The position numbers were made by a program, and so were the translations under genes. Below, piece by piece: positions 1 through 9,922 of a stretch of 64,000 nucleotides of DNA. Each line of letters begins with the position of its first letter. Positions within the stretch are counted from its first letter, which is position 1. The stretch comes from Crocinitomicaceae bacterium (GTDB lineage: Bacteria; Bacteroidota; Bacteroidia; Flavobacteriales_D; Crocinitomicaceae). Where the stretch lies: assembly GCA_044340465.1 (NCBI GenBank), contig JBIITO010000001.1, positions 39 through 64,038 of the forward strand. Direction: 5' to 3'. The notes under the pieces are model-generated. The model did no database searches, was not told the DNA's origin, and saw nothing but the letters and a program-made list of their open reading frames with translations.

Positions 1-1870
1 ATTCTTATCCATAACTGTCACATTATATTTTCCTGCTGTTAAATCTCTCGGACTTGCAACTGATTCCTGACCCACAGGAATAATTGCCGAAGGTGTAGTT
101 GGGTCTGTTGTCCAGCTATATACATAGTTTGGTGAACCTCCGTTGATCGTATAATTCAATACAGACCCATTGGCATCCCCATTACATTGAATATTATCCC
201 CACTAGGATAAAGGCGGGTTGTTCCCAATTGAACAAGTGGTGATGGTTGGGCTAAAGTAACGGTCATTGTTACCGTACAGCCGGTAGCTTCGGTAACGGT
301 AACTTGATAATTACCCGCGGTGATGTTGTTCAAGTCCTGCAAACTGCTCTGTCCCGCAGGCACTGTTGCGGTAGGTATGGAAGGATCTGCCATCCACGAG
401 TAAGAATATGGTAAATTACCTCCCGCCGGTATCAGATCAATTGATCCATCATTGAAACCAAAGCACGAAATGTTATGTCCTGAGGGATAGTTTTTCAAAA
501 TAGCAGAAAGGCTAAGGACATTTGCTTCTGCAATAAGTGTGGCGTTACCATTCACTTGACATCCATTCAGATCCTGCACACGAAGGCTTATATATCCTGC
601 TCCCAATTGAATTACCGGATTGGGATCATTCAAATCTCCGATACCATCATTACTCCAATCGTAGGCATACCCAGGCACACCTCCCGAAACCATCGCTTGA
701 GCGGATCCATCAGGCTGACAACCGGAAAGATTATACCCATTTGGATAAACAAACAATGCTAAATTATCCAAAGACAACTTTGTGGGTTCATTTAATGAGA
801 CCGAACTCGACACAGTACATCCATTAGCATCACGCACAGTTAATAAGTAATTTCCGGCAGTTAAACCTCTCGGACTTGCAACATGCTCTTGACCGGCTGG
901 AATACTTGCCGAAGGTGTCGATGGGTCTGTTGTCCAGATGTAGGTATAGGCAGGTGTGCCTCCTTGTGGAGCAGATGTCAAACCGCCATCTGAGAATCCA
1001 AAACATGAGATTCCAAAACCATTGAAGTTAGTGGTGGTCTGCGTATCAACTGTTAAAAGCGGTGGTTCGGATACAGTAACTGTCAATGAAGTACTACATG
1101 CTCCTCCTGAAGCATCTGAAACAACCAGATGGTAAGTTCCCGCAGATAAAGCACTCAAATCATCCGTTGTCGAAACAAATCCTCGCGCGCCATTCCAATT
1201 GTATGAATATGGTGAGACACCTCCCGAAGCCGTGATGAAAATCGATCCTTTTCTTTCTCCAAAACAGGCTTCATTCAGAAGTTTATCCAATACAATTGAA
1301 AGACCACTGCTCGGTTGAGAAAGGGTTACGGCTATATGATCGGTACATCCATTGGCATCGGATACTGTCAACAGATAATTTCCGGCGGTTAATCCAGCGG
1401 GGCTTGGCAAGCCATTCTGATTTGCGGGAATGTTAGCCGTTGGTGTAGATGGATCTGGACTCCAACTGTAAATATAAGGAGCGGTTCCTCCGGATACGGA
1501 TACGGATATACTTCCAGAAGCATTTCCAAAACACAAAATATCTTGCTTTGCCATTAGAGCGACATTCAAAGGCAATACGGGCTCTGTAATGTTCATGGGA
1601 TTGGATGAAATCTCACAAGTTCCTGCTTCTTTAACGGAAACGGTATAGGTAGAGAACCCTCCACTTGGAGGTCCATTTAATCCGGAAAAGTCAAAAACAC
1701 CTCCATCAAATACAACGTTTTGCGTTGCACCCGTTTCAATAAGTGTTACTAGGTAAGGCGCGGTTCCTCCAGTAACAACCCCTGATACATTGCCGTCGCC
1801 AGCCCCGTAACAAGATACACCATCTAACTGTGCCATTATGGCAAGAAGCGGTCGATCTAGAACGAATGGC
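1..1870 (-). repeat. Tandem SprB-type repeats (~85-90 aa units) in the C-terminal part of the giant ORF
   Basis: Hand translation gives recurring C.G..DG.....V.GGTAPY...W....L.AG.Y.VTV.D.NGC units, e.g. SCYGAGDGNVSGVVTGGTAPYLV and LCFGNASGSISVSVSGGTAPYIYSWSPD...LTAGNYLLTVSDANGC. DNA-level periodicity of ~270 nt is visible (compare 20-150 with 850-960 and 1380-1500). Confidence 0.7.
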
Positions 1871-4800
1871 CCTAAGGGATAAACAATTTCACAGTTATTG
1901 TCATCATTCACAGTTACAGAAGGATTATAAGTGCCTAATTCATCGTAAACATGGGTCAAGGAATTTCCTCCGGAAACACTTGTTCCGTCATCCAGGTTCC
2001 ATAGGATACCCGTTACATTTTGAGTAGGTCCCACATCAAGGTTTACGGTTAAGCCACATCCGTTAAGGGATTCTGTCCAAAAGGGATCTGCTGAAGGGCC
2101 ATAAATTGTAAGGAAATCAATCAAAGCCGTGTCGCTTGTACAACCATATTCATCGGTTATCCTCATGGTTGCTGAATAGGTTCCAGGAAATATGTATGTA
2201 TTACTCGGAGATTGCAATGTAGAAGCATTCCCGTCACCAAACGTCCAATCATAGGAAGTGACTACACCAAATGAACTGGAAGCATCGGTAAAATCCACAA
2301 ATACCGGCGGACAAACAAATTCTCCTGATGCATTCGTTTCGGCTCCATCCAACACATATGTAAGATCAGCGCGGGGAATAGATATGATTAAATTCTTTAT
2401 TATTGTGTCAGAACAACCATTTACATCAGTCGTTACCAACTTTATCTGATGATCTACATAGGACTGAGAAGCATTGTTTGGCTCATTGAAAACGGTTGAA
2501 TAATCGTGAGTTATCGCCACTGGAATACCATCCAGAAACCATTCATAAGCTAAAGGCTCGGCCCCAAAAGATCTATTAGCAGCCGTAATACTTTCACCAT
2601 TACAAATCACATTCTCCATATCAAAATCCGCCGTTGGAACTGTTACGGAAATATTGATCGTTGCGGGAGCAGACACACAACCAAATTCATCGGTAGCAGT
2701 TAAAGAAGTTGTATAGTTACCAACGACATTAAAGGTATGATCAACCGAAGTGTTTACACTAAGGGTAGGATGATTGGAACCGTCTTCTGAGATTTGAAAT
2801 AAAAAACGATCAAGATGTACACCATTACCCTGAATGATGGAATTGTTTCCAAAACTAACAGTCAGCGGGGTGCAACCAGCTAAATCGGAAGCAGTTATTC
2901 TTGCCAGGGGCGGCTCAAGTACTGTAACGTAAGAAAGATTCGCTGAGTTTGCACATCCAAGTATATTCGTTGCAGTAAGTGAAATCGTGTAGCTTCCTGA
3001 GGCACCATAAACATAGGGGACAATGATATCGTTACTTGTACTACCGTCGCCCAATTGCCAGTCGAAAGTGCCAAAGGCATGAGTGGAACTAGATGTTGAG
3101 GTGAATGTAAAAGGATCTCCCAAACAAACGGAATCTATACTCGTAATTATCGATGCAATTGTCTGTGAAATATTTATGATAGCGGTGGAACTGTCTTCAC
3201 AACCTGTTGTGTAATTATGAATGAGCTGTTCGATTGTATAGGTTCCAAATGCAGAATAATCATGAGCTATCGAACCCTGACCTGGATCATCCAAATCAGG
3301 ATCATCCAAAAACGTATTCGGGGTTCCATCTCCCCAGTCCCAGGTCATGTCTGCATCATCCGTCAAAAGGCCTATAATGGAATTGTCCGTAAAATTGACA
3401 GTTATTGGGAATTCAGTCGGATTACAAAATAAGGTTTGAGAGGGTTGAAAAATGGAAACGGGAGCAAAAATATTGACCGCATCCGTGTAAATCATAGTAT
3501 CTCTGCACCCTCTAAAGTCAACCACCAATTGAACATCAAAATAACCTGTATCATTGGAGTATTCATAGGCTGGGCTTGGAAGTTGGGACGTACCACCATC
3601 GCCAAATTCCCAAAAATATTCTACTTCCGAAGGAGTATGGGGAACACTGATCACACTGCGATCCGTGAACTGAATAGGTACATTGACACACGCTTGAAGA
3701 ATATCCCAACTAAAATCAACGAGATCTATTTGTCCAACTTGGATAAAATCCATTGAATCTATGGTATATACACACCCGCTTGATGTAGTGACAGTTAACG
3801 ATACATCATAATTTCCCGGGGAACTATAACTGTGTGCTGCAGGAAATTCAGAAGTTGAAGTTTGTCCATCACCAAAATCCCACAACCATGAAACAATAGG
3901 ATCTATAGGAGACGTTACTGATGAATTCAACTGCACTACTATTGGTGCACACCCGGATTGTATATCTGCAGAGATAAAACCTGATGGGGTTTGCATATGT
4001 ATATAGTCGGGAATAGAAAATACCCCTTTACAGCCGTTTATATCGGTGACGGACAGAGTTACAGTAAATAATCCATCTGTAACATAAGTATGAATTGGGT
4101 TTTCGAGAGATGAAGTTTGCCCGTCTCCGAAATCCCATAAAAACGATACGCCCGTGTTACCTGCACTTGTGAAAGAAACATCCTTAGGCACACATCCGAA
4201 CGTGACATCGCTGTAAAAATCAGGAATCGGTATGGGTAAAACATCGATAGATAACACTGTGTCGTCAACACACCCTAAATCTGTATTCTGAGAAGTTAGA
4301 GAAATGGGAAAGGTACCTGTTGTGCTATAAGTTACCATATTGTTTTGGGCGTTCGAGCTCGGTATACTTGAACCCGGAAAACTCCAAGACCACTGATTAG
4401 CTCCAACTGTCGATTGATCAAAGATGTTGATAGGACTGCCCACACATGCCGTTAATGGAGCACCTGCACTTGCTTGAAAGCTTGAAACAACAATGTTCTT
4501 AATGGTGGTATTCTGACAACCGAAGCTATTCGTCGTAATCAGTTTTACATTGTAAGTACCCGATGCAAGGTAGTTAATTGTTGGAGGATTTTGTAGCGTA
4601 GAAGTCTCACCATTACCAAAATCCCATAGATAAGAAACTGCAACACTACTCGAGTTGGTGAAAGTCGCGCCAACAGGCAAAGTGCATCCGTCGGTCACGC
4701 TGCTAAAATCGGATTTAGGCTGGGGATTGACAACGATATATAATAATTTAACTTCCGCATCAGCCTGTCCATTTGCAGCAGTAACAACGAGATTGACAGT

Positions 4801-5040
4801 ATACGTTCCCGGCAACGAATATGCATGTGTTGGATTCGGATTGTTGGAACGGTTTCCATCTCCAAAATTATACGTCCACATAACAATCGGTGAGCCATCA
4901 GGTAAAGATTTGTCTGTAAATTGGACAGTTTCCCCAACACATACCTCGGTCGAACTTTCATCGAAAGCAGCTGTTGGCACTTGAGATAACACCAAGCAGC
5001 TGGAAAAAGACAAAAGGGATGTGAGCAAATATTTAATCAT
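1..5040 (-). CDS. Giant secreted PKD-repeat / SprB-type-repeat adhesin-like protein; partial, 3' end lies beyond the left edge (>=1680 codons in window)
   Basis: Absent from the ORF track because it has no stop inside the window. ATG at 5040-5038 gives MIKYLLTSLLSFSSCLVLSQ (signal peptide), then VPTAAFDESSTEVCVGETVQFTDKS...WTYNFGDGNRSNNPNPTHAYSLPGTYTVNLVV (PKD signature). I checked plus-strand triplets starting at positions = 1 mod 3 in 1-300, 2401-2460, 3421-3480 and 4981-5040 and found no tta/cta/tca. The last codons in the window read ...LTAGKYNVTVMDKN (SprB-repeat motif). All small track ORFs in 537-4984 are in other frames. Confidence 0.8.
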   Translation of the reverse strand, partial: MIKYLLTSLLSFSSCLVLSQVPTAAFDESSTEVCVGETVQFTDKSLPDGSPIVMWTYNFGDGNRSNNPNPTHAYSLPGTYTVNLVVTAANGQADAEVKLLYIVVNPQPKSDFSSVTDGCTLPVGATFTNSSSVAVSYLWDFGNGETSTLQNPPTINYLASGTYNVKLITTNSFGCQNTTIKNIVVSSFQASAGAPLTACVGSPINIFDQSTVGANQWSWSFPGSSIPSSNAQNNMVTYSTTGTFPISLTSQNTDLGCVDDTVLSIDVLPIPIPDFYSDVTFGCVPKDVSFTSAGNTGVSFLWDFGDGQTSSLENPIHTYVTDGLFTVTLSVTDINGCKGVFSIPDYIHMQTPSGFISADIQSGCAPIVVQLNSSVTSPIDPIVSWLWDFGDGQTSTSEFPAAHSYSSPGNYDVSLTVTTSSGCVYTIDSMDFIQVGQIDLVDFSWDILQACVNVPIQFTDRSVISVPHTPSEVEYFWEFGDGGTSQLPSPAYEYSNDTGYFDVQLVVDFRGCRDTMIYTDAVNIFAPVSIFQPSQTLFCNPTEFPITVNFTDNSIIGLLTDDADMTWDWGDGTPNTFLDDPDLDDPGQGSIAHDYSAFGTYTIEQLIHNYTTGCEDSSTAIINISQTIASIITSIDSVCLGDPFTFTSTSSSTHAFGTFDWQLGDGSTSNDIIVPYVYGASGSYTISLTATNILGCANSANLSYVTVLEPPLARITASDLAGCTPLTVSFGNNSIIQGNGVHLDRFLFQISEDGSNHPTLSVNTSVDHTFNVVGNYTTSLTATDEFGCVSAPATINISVTVPTADFDMENVICNGESITAANRSFGAEPLAYEWFLDGIPVAITHDYSTVFNEPNNASQSYVDHQIKLVTTDVNGCSDTIIKNLIISIPRADLTYVLDGAETNASGEFVCPPVFVDFTDASSSFGVVTSYDWTFGDGNASTLQSPSNTYIFPGTYSATMRITDEYGCTSDTALIDFLTIYGPSADPFWTESLNGCGLTVNLDVGPTQNVTGILWNLDDGTSVSGGNSLTHVYDELGTYNPSVTVNDDNNCEIVYPLGPFVLDRPLLAIMAQLDGVSCYGAGDGNVSGVVTGGTAPYLVTLIETGATQNVVFDGGVFDFSGLNGPPSGGFSTYTVSVKEAGTCEISSNPMNITEPVLPLNVALMAKQDILCFGNASGSISVSVSGGTAPYIYSWSPDPSTPTANIPANQNGLPSPAGLTAGNYLLTVSDANGCTDHIAVTLSQPSSGLSIVLDKLLNEACFGERKGSIFITASGGVSPYSYNWNGARGFVSTTDDLSALSAGTYHLVVSDASGGACSTSLTVTVSEPPLLTVDTQTTTNFNGFGISCFGFSDGGLTSAPQGGTPAYTYIWTTDPSTPSASIPAGQEHVASPRGLTAGNYLLTVRDANGCTVSSSVSLNEPTKLSLDNLALFVYPNGYNLSGCQPDGSAQAMVSGGVPGYAYDWSNDGIGDLNDPNPVIQLGAGYISLRVQDLNGCQVNGNATLIAEANVLSLSAILKNYPSGHNISCFGFNDGSIDLIPAGGNLPYSYSWMADPSIPTATVPAGQSSLQDLNNITAGNYQVTVTEATGCTVTMTVTLAQPSPLVQLGTTRLYPSGDNIQCNGDANGSVLNYTINGGSPNYVYSWTTDPTTPSAIIPVGQESVASPRDLTAGKYNVTVMDKN
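1880..4975 (-). repeat. Tandem PKD domains (about a dozen) in the N-terminal part of the giant ORF
   Basis: Repeated W.FGDG......NP.H.Y...G.Y.V.L motifs in hand translation: WTYNFGDGNRS, YLWDFGNGETSTLQNPP...YLASGTYNVKL, ILWNLDDGTSVSGGNSLTHVYDELGTYNPSVTV. The domain count is an estimate from length. Confidence 0.65.
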
Positions 5041-5134
5041 GTGGTTAAAACAAGATAAGAAATTTTTATGAATTCCCTTACTTATCTGGATAACGAATCC
5101 AAGGGTTTTTAGTTGCCACAAGAACTAAATAGAG

Positions 5135-7699
5135 TTATAAGCCACCTCCCCTGAGCAAGGTTATATGACCGGTATATTCTAGTTGTTCACCATTAATAGA
5201 GCGACCTACAACTAATTTCCAGGTATATACACCATCCTGACAATTATGCTCTTTATATGTACCTTCCCAGCCCTCACCAATGGTATTGGATTCAAATATC
5301 AATTCACCCCAACGATTGAAAATTAGAAATTCATAGTCATTGGATTTATAACCAGCCGTTAATACAGGATAAAATGTACTATTATAGGTGTCCCAGTCAG
5401 GAGTAAAAGCGTTAGGGACGTAAAGAATAGGTTTAGGAGTTAATTTAATGTCCCTTGATGTAGAGTCAATACAACCGTATTCGGATACGGCATAAAGTAT
5501 TACCATATAATTAATTACATCAAAATCACTTCCATTTTGGAATTCATGATAGACATTATATGTAGTATCATAGTTACTTCCGTCGCTATAGTACCAAAAA
5601 TAGGACTCAGCCCCAACAGATGTATTCCAAAAATTAGCAGTTGTTTGAATATTGTCAATTTGATAATTATCCGCATAGAATGACGCTACCGGATTCGGTT
5701 CAACACACACAAAGTTCGGCGCTGATACGGTATTTGTGCAACCTTCCGGGCTAGCTACCGTTAACTTTACATTATAACAATCAACGGCATCAAAATTCAC
5801 ACTAAATGGCCCGCATTGGTTAAAAACCTGACCATCTGAGAAAGTCCATGTACATTTCTCGCCTGACTCCACATTCGCATTGATCAAGACCCCTGTCCCG
5901 ACACAACCGATAAGAGGTGGGGGGAGTTTAGCTTGGGGCAATGGATTAGATGTAAGCGTAACTGAACTCGTAGCCGTGCATCCGTTGAGGTCAGAGACAG
6001 TAACAGTATACGTTCCAGTTGGTAATCCTCCCACTGTTACATTATTTTGTGGCGGTGAAGTATTCCAGCTATAATTGTATTCCGGAGTACCGCCAGAACC
6101 TGAAGCATTGATAATACCATCCGATGCGCCTTCACAACTTACACCTTGTCCAAAATAAAAGGATAACACAGTAATTGATACTACTAACTGCGTTGGCGCC
6201 GTCAGTGTAACAGAGGCTGTCGCAGTACAACTATTCGCATCCGTTACCGTAACACTATAAATGCCCGATGCTACACCCGAAAGATCCTCCGCTGTCGATC
6301 CATTTGACCAAGCATATCCATACGTCGGCGTACCACCACTAACCGTCAGGTTCGCTCCGCCCGTTGTGTTGCCATAGCACAAGATGTTCGTCTGGCTCGT
6401 AAGTGCAACACTCAATGCAGCTGTCGGCTCTGTAAACGTCACTGCAAGTGTCGACCGACACGTACCTGTATTGCCATTCGCATCCGTTACCGTAAGGTTG
6501 TTGTCCCGGCAGCAAGGCCCGTAAGATCCTCTATGGTGTTCGTGTAGCTGTTCGGACCTGTCCAGGCATAGGTGTATGGTGCTGTGCCGCCACTGATACT
6601 CACGTTTGAGAGAAACTTTTGGTGTTGGTGAACGGCACACATTCACATCCGCTCCTGCATTGGCAGTGGGGACAAAAGAAAAGGTTGACACTACTACCTG
6701 ATCATTTGCTACGGGACAGCCGGTAGCATCACTTATGGTTAATGTATATGTTCCAGGCGTGGTGACCTGAAAATTATCAGTTGCTATTGCTCCTGGACTC
6801 GGCGGATTGACATTATTATGAGTGACTGACTGTGGTCCAGACCATTGAAAAGTATACGGGGCAGTTCCTCCAGGACCGGTTCCAGTTTGATTAACCGCAG
6901 ACCCTGTAAGTGTCACGCCAAGTGTGTTTCCCTGACAAATAGCCACATCTGGCCCCGCATTCGCAAAAAGGGTAGGATATGTCGTTACAGTAACCTGATC
7001 AGACCAATTTAAAGTTGAGCATGGAGAAGTTACGGTTCCCGAAACTTGAAAAATAATTGTATTTGGAGTACCAGCATTGGGCGTAAAAATTGATGTCGAA
7101 CAATTTGTGCAACTTAAATTGGCATTGTATGTTCTTGTCGGACCTGGAGAAATAGAGGTCCAAACAGGGTTTGTTAAACCTGAAACTGTTAGAGTTTGAT
7201 TACACCCTACCGCGGTAACAATGTCGGGTGAGGCTTGAGGGGCAAGTATTTGTGTAAACGTGAAGTCATAGTTTGGTCCTCCTGTTCTACACATTAAAAA
7301 ATGATGAGTATTGGTGTTTGGATCAAGGCAAACTTGATTGCTACATGTAACTGTTGCGCCACAATTTTCGTAATAGAAATTCACGTTCCCACATGGGCCA
7401 CTGGTTGTAAAAGTAACCCCCACGGCATTTGGATCTGTGATTATCTCGAACATGCTGCAACCAAAGTTGTTATTCAAATTACAACACTGATTGTCTGAAT
7501 TTTGCGTAGAAACACTTTGAAGAAGAGAATTATTAGAAGTAGAAGTGAAATCAAACTGGTAAAAATTTATTGCCCCCGAGCAGTTTGTAAATCCCTCATA
7601 ATTAGTCGTGGTGGTTTGAGCATAAATTACCCCGATATTTAGAAAAAATACAAATACTACAGCAAAAATGCCATACAATTTATGCTTGCGCTTGATCAT
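5135..7699 (-). CDS. Secreted Cys-rich / SprB-repeat surface protein with T9SS type B (gliding-motility-associated) C-terminal domain
   Basis: Signal peptide [28 protein letters not shown]. SprB-type units ([13 protein letters not shown]...[15 protein letters not shown]; [37 protein letters not shown]; [11 protein letters not shown]...[16 protein letters not shown]). The C-terminus [20 protein letters not shown]...[14 protein letters not shown]...WEGTY...DGVYTWKLV...GHITLLR matches the type B CTD pattern. Confidence 0.85.
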   Translation of the reverse strand: MIKRKHKLYGIFAVVFVFFLNIGVIYAQTTTTNYEGFTNCSGAINFYQFDFTSTSNNSLLQSVSTQNSDNQCCNLNNNFGCSMFEIITDPNAVGVTFTTSGPCGNVNFYYENCGATVTCSNQVCLDPNTNTHHFLMCRTGGPNYDFTFTQILAPQASPDIVTAVGCNQTLTVSGLTNPVWTSISPGPTRTYNANLSCTNCSTSIFTPNAGTPNTIIFQVSGTVTSPCSTLNWSDQVTVTTYPTLFANAGPDVAICQGNTLGVTLTGSAVNQTGTGPGGTAPYTFQWSGPQSVTHNNVNPPSPGAIATDNFQVTTPGTYTLTISDATGCPVANDQVVVSTFSFVPTANAGADVNVCRSPTPKVSLKREYQWRHSTIHLCLDRSEQLHEHHRGSYGPCCRDNNLTVTDANGNTGTCRSTLAVTFTEPTAALSVALTSQTNILCYGNTTGGANLTVSGGTPTYGYAWSNGSTAEDLSGVASGIYSVTVTDANSCTATASVTLTAPTQLVVSITVLSFYFGQGVSCEGASDGIINASGSGGTPEYNYSWNTSPPQNNVTVGGLPTGTYTVTVSDLNGCTATSSVTLTSNPLPQAKLPPPLIGCVGTGVLINANVESGEKCTWTFSDGQVFNQCGPFSVNFDAVDCYNVKLTVASPEGCTNTVSAPNFVCVEPNPVASFYADNYQIDNIQTTANFWNTSVGAESYFWYYSDGSNYDTTYNVYHEFQNGSDFDVINYMVILYAVSEYGCIDSTSRDIKLTPKPILYVPNAFTPDWDTYNSTFYPVLTAGYKSNDYEFLIFNRWGELIFESNTIGEGWEGTYKEHNCQDGVYTWKLVVGRSINGEQLEYTGHITLLRGGGL

Positions 7700-7773
7700 A
7701 TTTTGCGAGCAGTTTCATGGAGACTCAAAAATATGAACATTGACGCAATTATTTAAATTAAGCTGCCTAAAAC

Positions 7774-8090
7774 TCAATATAATTCAAGCATAGCATTGAT
7801 CAGCATTCCCTTTCCAATCCAATGGAAATGAAATAATACAGGATTCCATACAATATTAAGGACCCATTGAAGCATGAAAAGTACTGCTAACTATTTTCTT
7901 TGCTCTTTTCTATTTTGCCAGATAAGGCCTATACAAAAGAAATAGAAAATCATAATCGTTGTCAAGACAAATACAAAAAGTCAATCGGAGGGTCCAGAAT
8001 GCTTTATCAAGATCTTGATACCAAGCATTGATGTCGACTATCAATCAACTAAACCGTCTTTGTGCAGGACAAAAAGCAATAGCAAACGTA
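7774..8090 (-). pseudogene. TspO/MBR-family gene remnant (in-frame stops, frameshifts, 3' truncation)
   Basis: Minus-strand hand translation gives one frame reading ...GPSD*LFVFVLTTIMIFYFFCIGLIWQNRKEQRK*LAVLFMLQWVLNIVWNPVLFHFHWIGKGMLINAMLELY*. An adjacent frame gives SVDINAWYQDLDKAFWT. These resemble the TspO motifs WY..L.KP.W.PP.W.F..W..LY and Q..LN..W.P.FF. There is no ORF >=60 aa here, and only ~75 nt remain before the next gene start, so TM4-5 are missing. Confidence 0.4.
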
Positions 8091-8101
8091 TGAAAGAAGG
8101 A

Positions 8102-8755
8102 TCAAAGATGAATAGAAACTCCGACGGATGGATTCAGGAATACGTTCATACTTTTTCCTTTTCTCGAATCGATTAATTTATCATAAACACCATCTGCTAC
8201 TGGAAGAAAGACTAAGGAAAGATCTGCCTCCAGATAGATTGACTCCGACAGTTTGTATTGAGGCGTAAAACCACACATGAAACTAAGCATATCATCGTTA
8301 CCCTTGATTAGCGGATCGTTAAGTTTGACGCCAGCTGCAGTAAGCGAATCCTTGTATGCGCTATGGAACTGACTCGCCAACCCAATACCGACATGGAACA
8401 GATAGTTCATTTTTCTGTCCATTATTCCTCTGTCGGCGGAAATATTAGCAACGGCTTCAAGATTAGCCCGGAATGAAAATGAATTATCATCGATTGACTT
8501 ACCGTTAAGATCACCTGAAGCATTTAGCTGGTCGTATCCAAGACTTCCTTTAAGTCCCCATATCGGAGAAAGCATATAACCCAAGCCCGCATCCACATGC
8601 AAACCAGGCAAGCCCTCACTTAGTTCGGAATGTACACCGAAAATCCTGCCTCCGGCATGAAGGTCAAGAAATAATTTTTTATTTGCGTCTACTTCTTGGG
8701 AGAAACTTACAAAAGTAAGGGTAACAGAAAGAAATATAATGGTTTTTCTAATCAT
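8102..8755 (-). CDS. Outer-membrane beta-barrel (porin-family/OmpA-N-like) protein
   Basis: Start reset to the internal ATG giving signal peptide MIRKTIIFLSVTLTFVSFSQ. About 200 aa with alternating-hydrophobic strands rich in G/Y/L, including DAGLGYML. Confidence 0.55.
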   Translation of the reverse strand: MIRKTIIFLSVTLTFVSFSQEVDANKKLFLDLHAGGRIFGVHSELSEGLPGLHVDAGLGYMLSPIWGLKGSLGYDQLNASGDLNGKSIDDNSFSFRANLEAVANISADRGIMDRKMNYLFHVGIGLASQFHSAYKDSLTAAGVKLNDPLIKGNDDMLSFMCGFTPQYKLSESIYLEADLSLVFLPVADGVYDKLIDSRKGKSMNVFLNPSVGVSIHL

Positions 8756-9055
8756 ATCACCGGAATTAAAGTTGAGGGACAAATATATACCTATTTTGTT
8801 AAAAAACATGTTTTTATGGCATTAATTTACTTCGTGAAAGTATACTAACCCATATTAAAATGTCTTTCAAACTAAATTGCAATTGTGGTAGCTTATATGA
8901 AAGTTAACTTCCGCCCACTTTTAACAAATGAACTACTTAAAATCTTCACGGTTTGTTAATCTTACTGCGTTGAAAATATCATCTTATCACCCAACTAATT
9001 CACGATCATTTAATATGCGAAACAGACATTTGCCTGAAATGTTACAACAAAAACT

Positions 9056-9922
9056 ATGACCAAAAAAACAGCTCGAGAGGTGGAACTTGTTGTCATTTCT
9101 GATGTCCATCTTGGCACCTATGGTAGTCGGGCGGAAGAATTGAATGCCTATTTAAAAACGATAAAACCAAAAACACTCCTATTGAATGGCGACATAATTG
9201 ATATCTGGCAATTCAGTAAAAGGTATTTTCCACATTCACATCTTAAAGTCATCAAACGCATCACCTCACTGGTTTCGGAAGGAGTGGAAGTATATTACAT
9301 TACTGGAAATCATGATGAAATGCTTCGAAAATTCAAAGGATTCAAAGTCGGGTCTTTTGAAATCGTGAACAAAGTTATTCTCGAACTCGATGGGAAAAAG
9401 ACCTGGTTTTTTCATGGAGATGTGTTTGATGTGACCATGAAACATTCCAAGTGGCTGGCAAAACTTGGAGGTAAGGGATATGACGTACTTATTTTGATCA
9501 ATACCATGGTTAACTGGATCAGTGCACGCTTTGGAGGCGAAAAACTATCCTTTTCCAAAAAGATTAAAGACAATGTAAAGAGTGCCGTGAAATACATTAA
9601 CAACTTTGAGGATGTTGTTGCTGAAATTGCTGCAGCTCAGGGATTCCAAACTGCTGTTTGTGGTCATATCCATCAACCGACAAAAAAATTGTTGACCTCT
9701 AAAGAAAAACAGGTATTGTATCTGAATTCAGGGGATTGGGTTGAAAACTGTACTGCATTGGAATACCATAATGGATCTTGGAGTCTCTACCGATTTTCGG
9801 AAGACCACGAGGCTAATTTCGCTCTCAAAAACGATCTGGATACGGAACATGCGATCCCGAATAACAAAGAACTCTTTGGTGAATTATTAAAGGAATTCAG
9901 CCTAAATCAACTCTATATTTGA
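9056..9922 (+). CDS. LpxH-like calcineurin-type metallophosphoesterase (UDP-2,3-diacylglucosamine diphosphatase family)
   Basis: Metallophosphoesterase motifs VVISDVHLG, LNGDIID.W, ITGNHDE, FFHGD and CGHIH, in LpxH-like order and spacing. Confidence 0.6.
   Translation: MTKKTAREVELVVISDVHLGTYGSRAEELNAYLKTIKPKTLLLNGDIIDIWQFSKRYFPHSHLKVIKRITSLVSEGVEVYYITGNHDEMLRKFKGFKVGSFEIVNKVILELDGKKTWFFHGDVFDVTMKHSKWLAKLGGKGYDVLILINTMVNWISARFGGEKLSFSKKIKDNVKSAVKYINNFEDVVAEIAAAQGFQTAVCGHIHQPTKKLLTSKEKQVLYLNSGDWVENCTALEYHNGSWSLYRFSEDHEANFALKNDLDTEHAIPNNKELFGELLKEFSLNQLYI

Noticed and set aside
537-4984. Twelve short ORFs (60-109 aa) listed by the track inside the first 5 kb
   Set aside because: All lie in frames other than the long open minus-strand frame that encodes continuous PKD/SprB repeats. 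Their translations are low-complexity mirror images of that gene.
7981-7990. In-frame TGA at a conserved Trp position of the TspO-like remnant as evidence for TGA=Trp recoding
   Set aside because: TGA clearly terminates well-supported genes elsewhere in the window (the lpxH-like gene, hemW, the aldehyde dehydrogenase, udk). The remnant also carries a TAG, frame changes and a 3' truncation, so a nonsense mutation in a pseudogene is the simpler reading.
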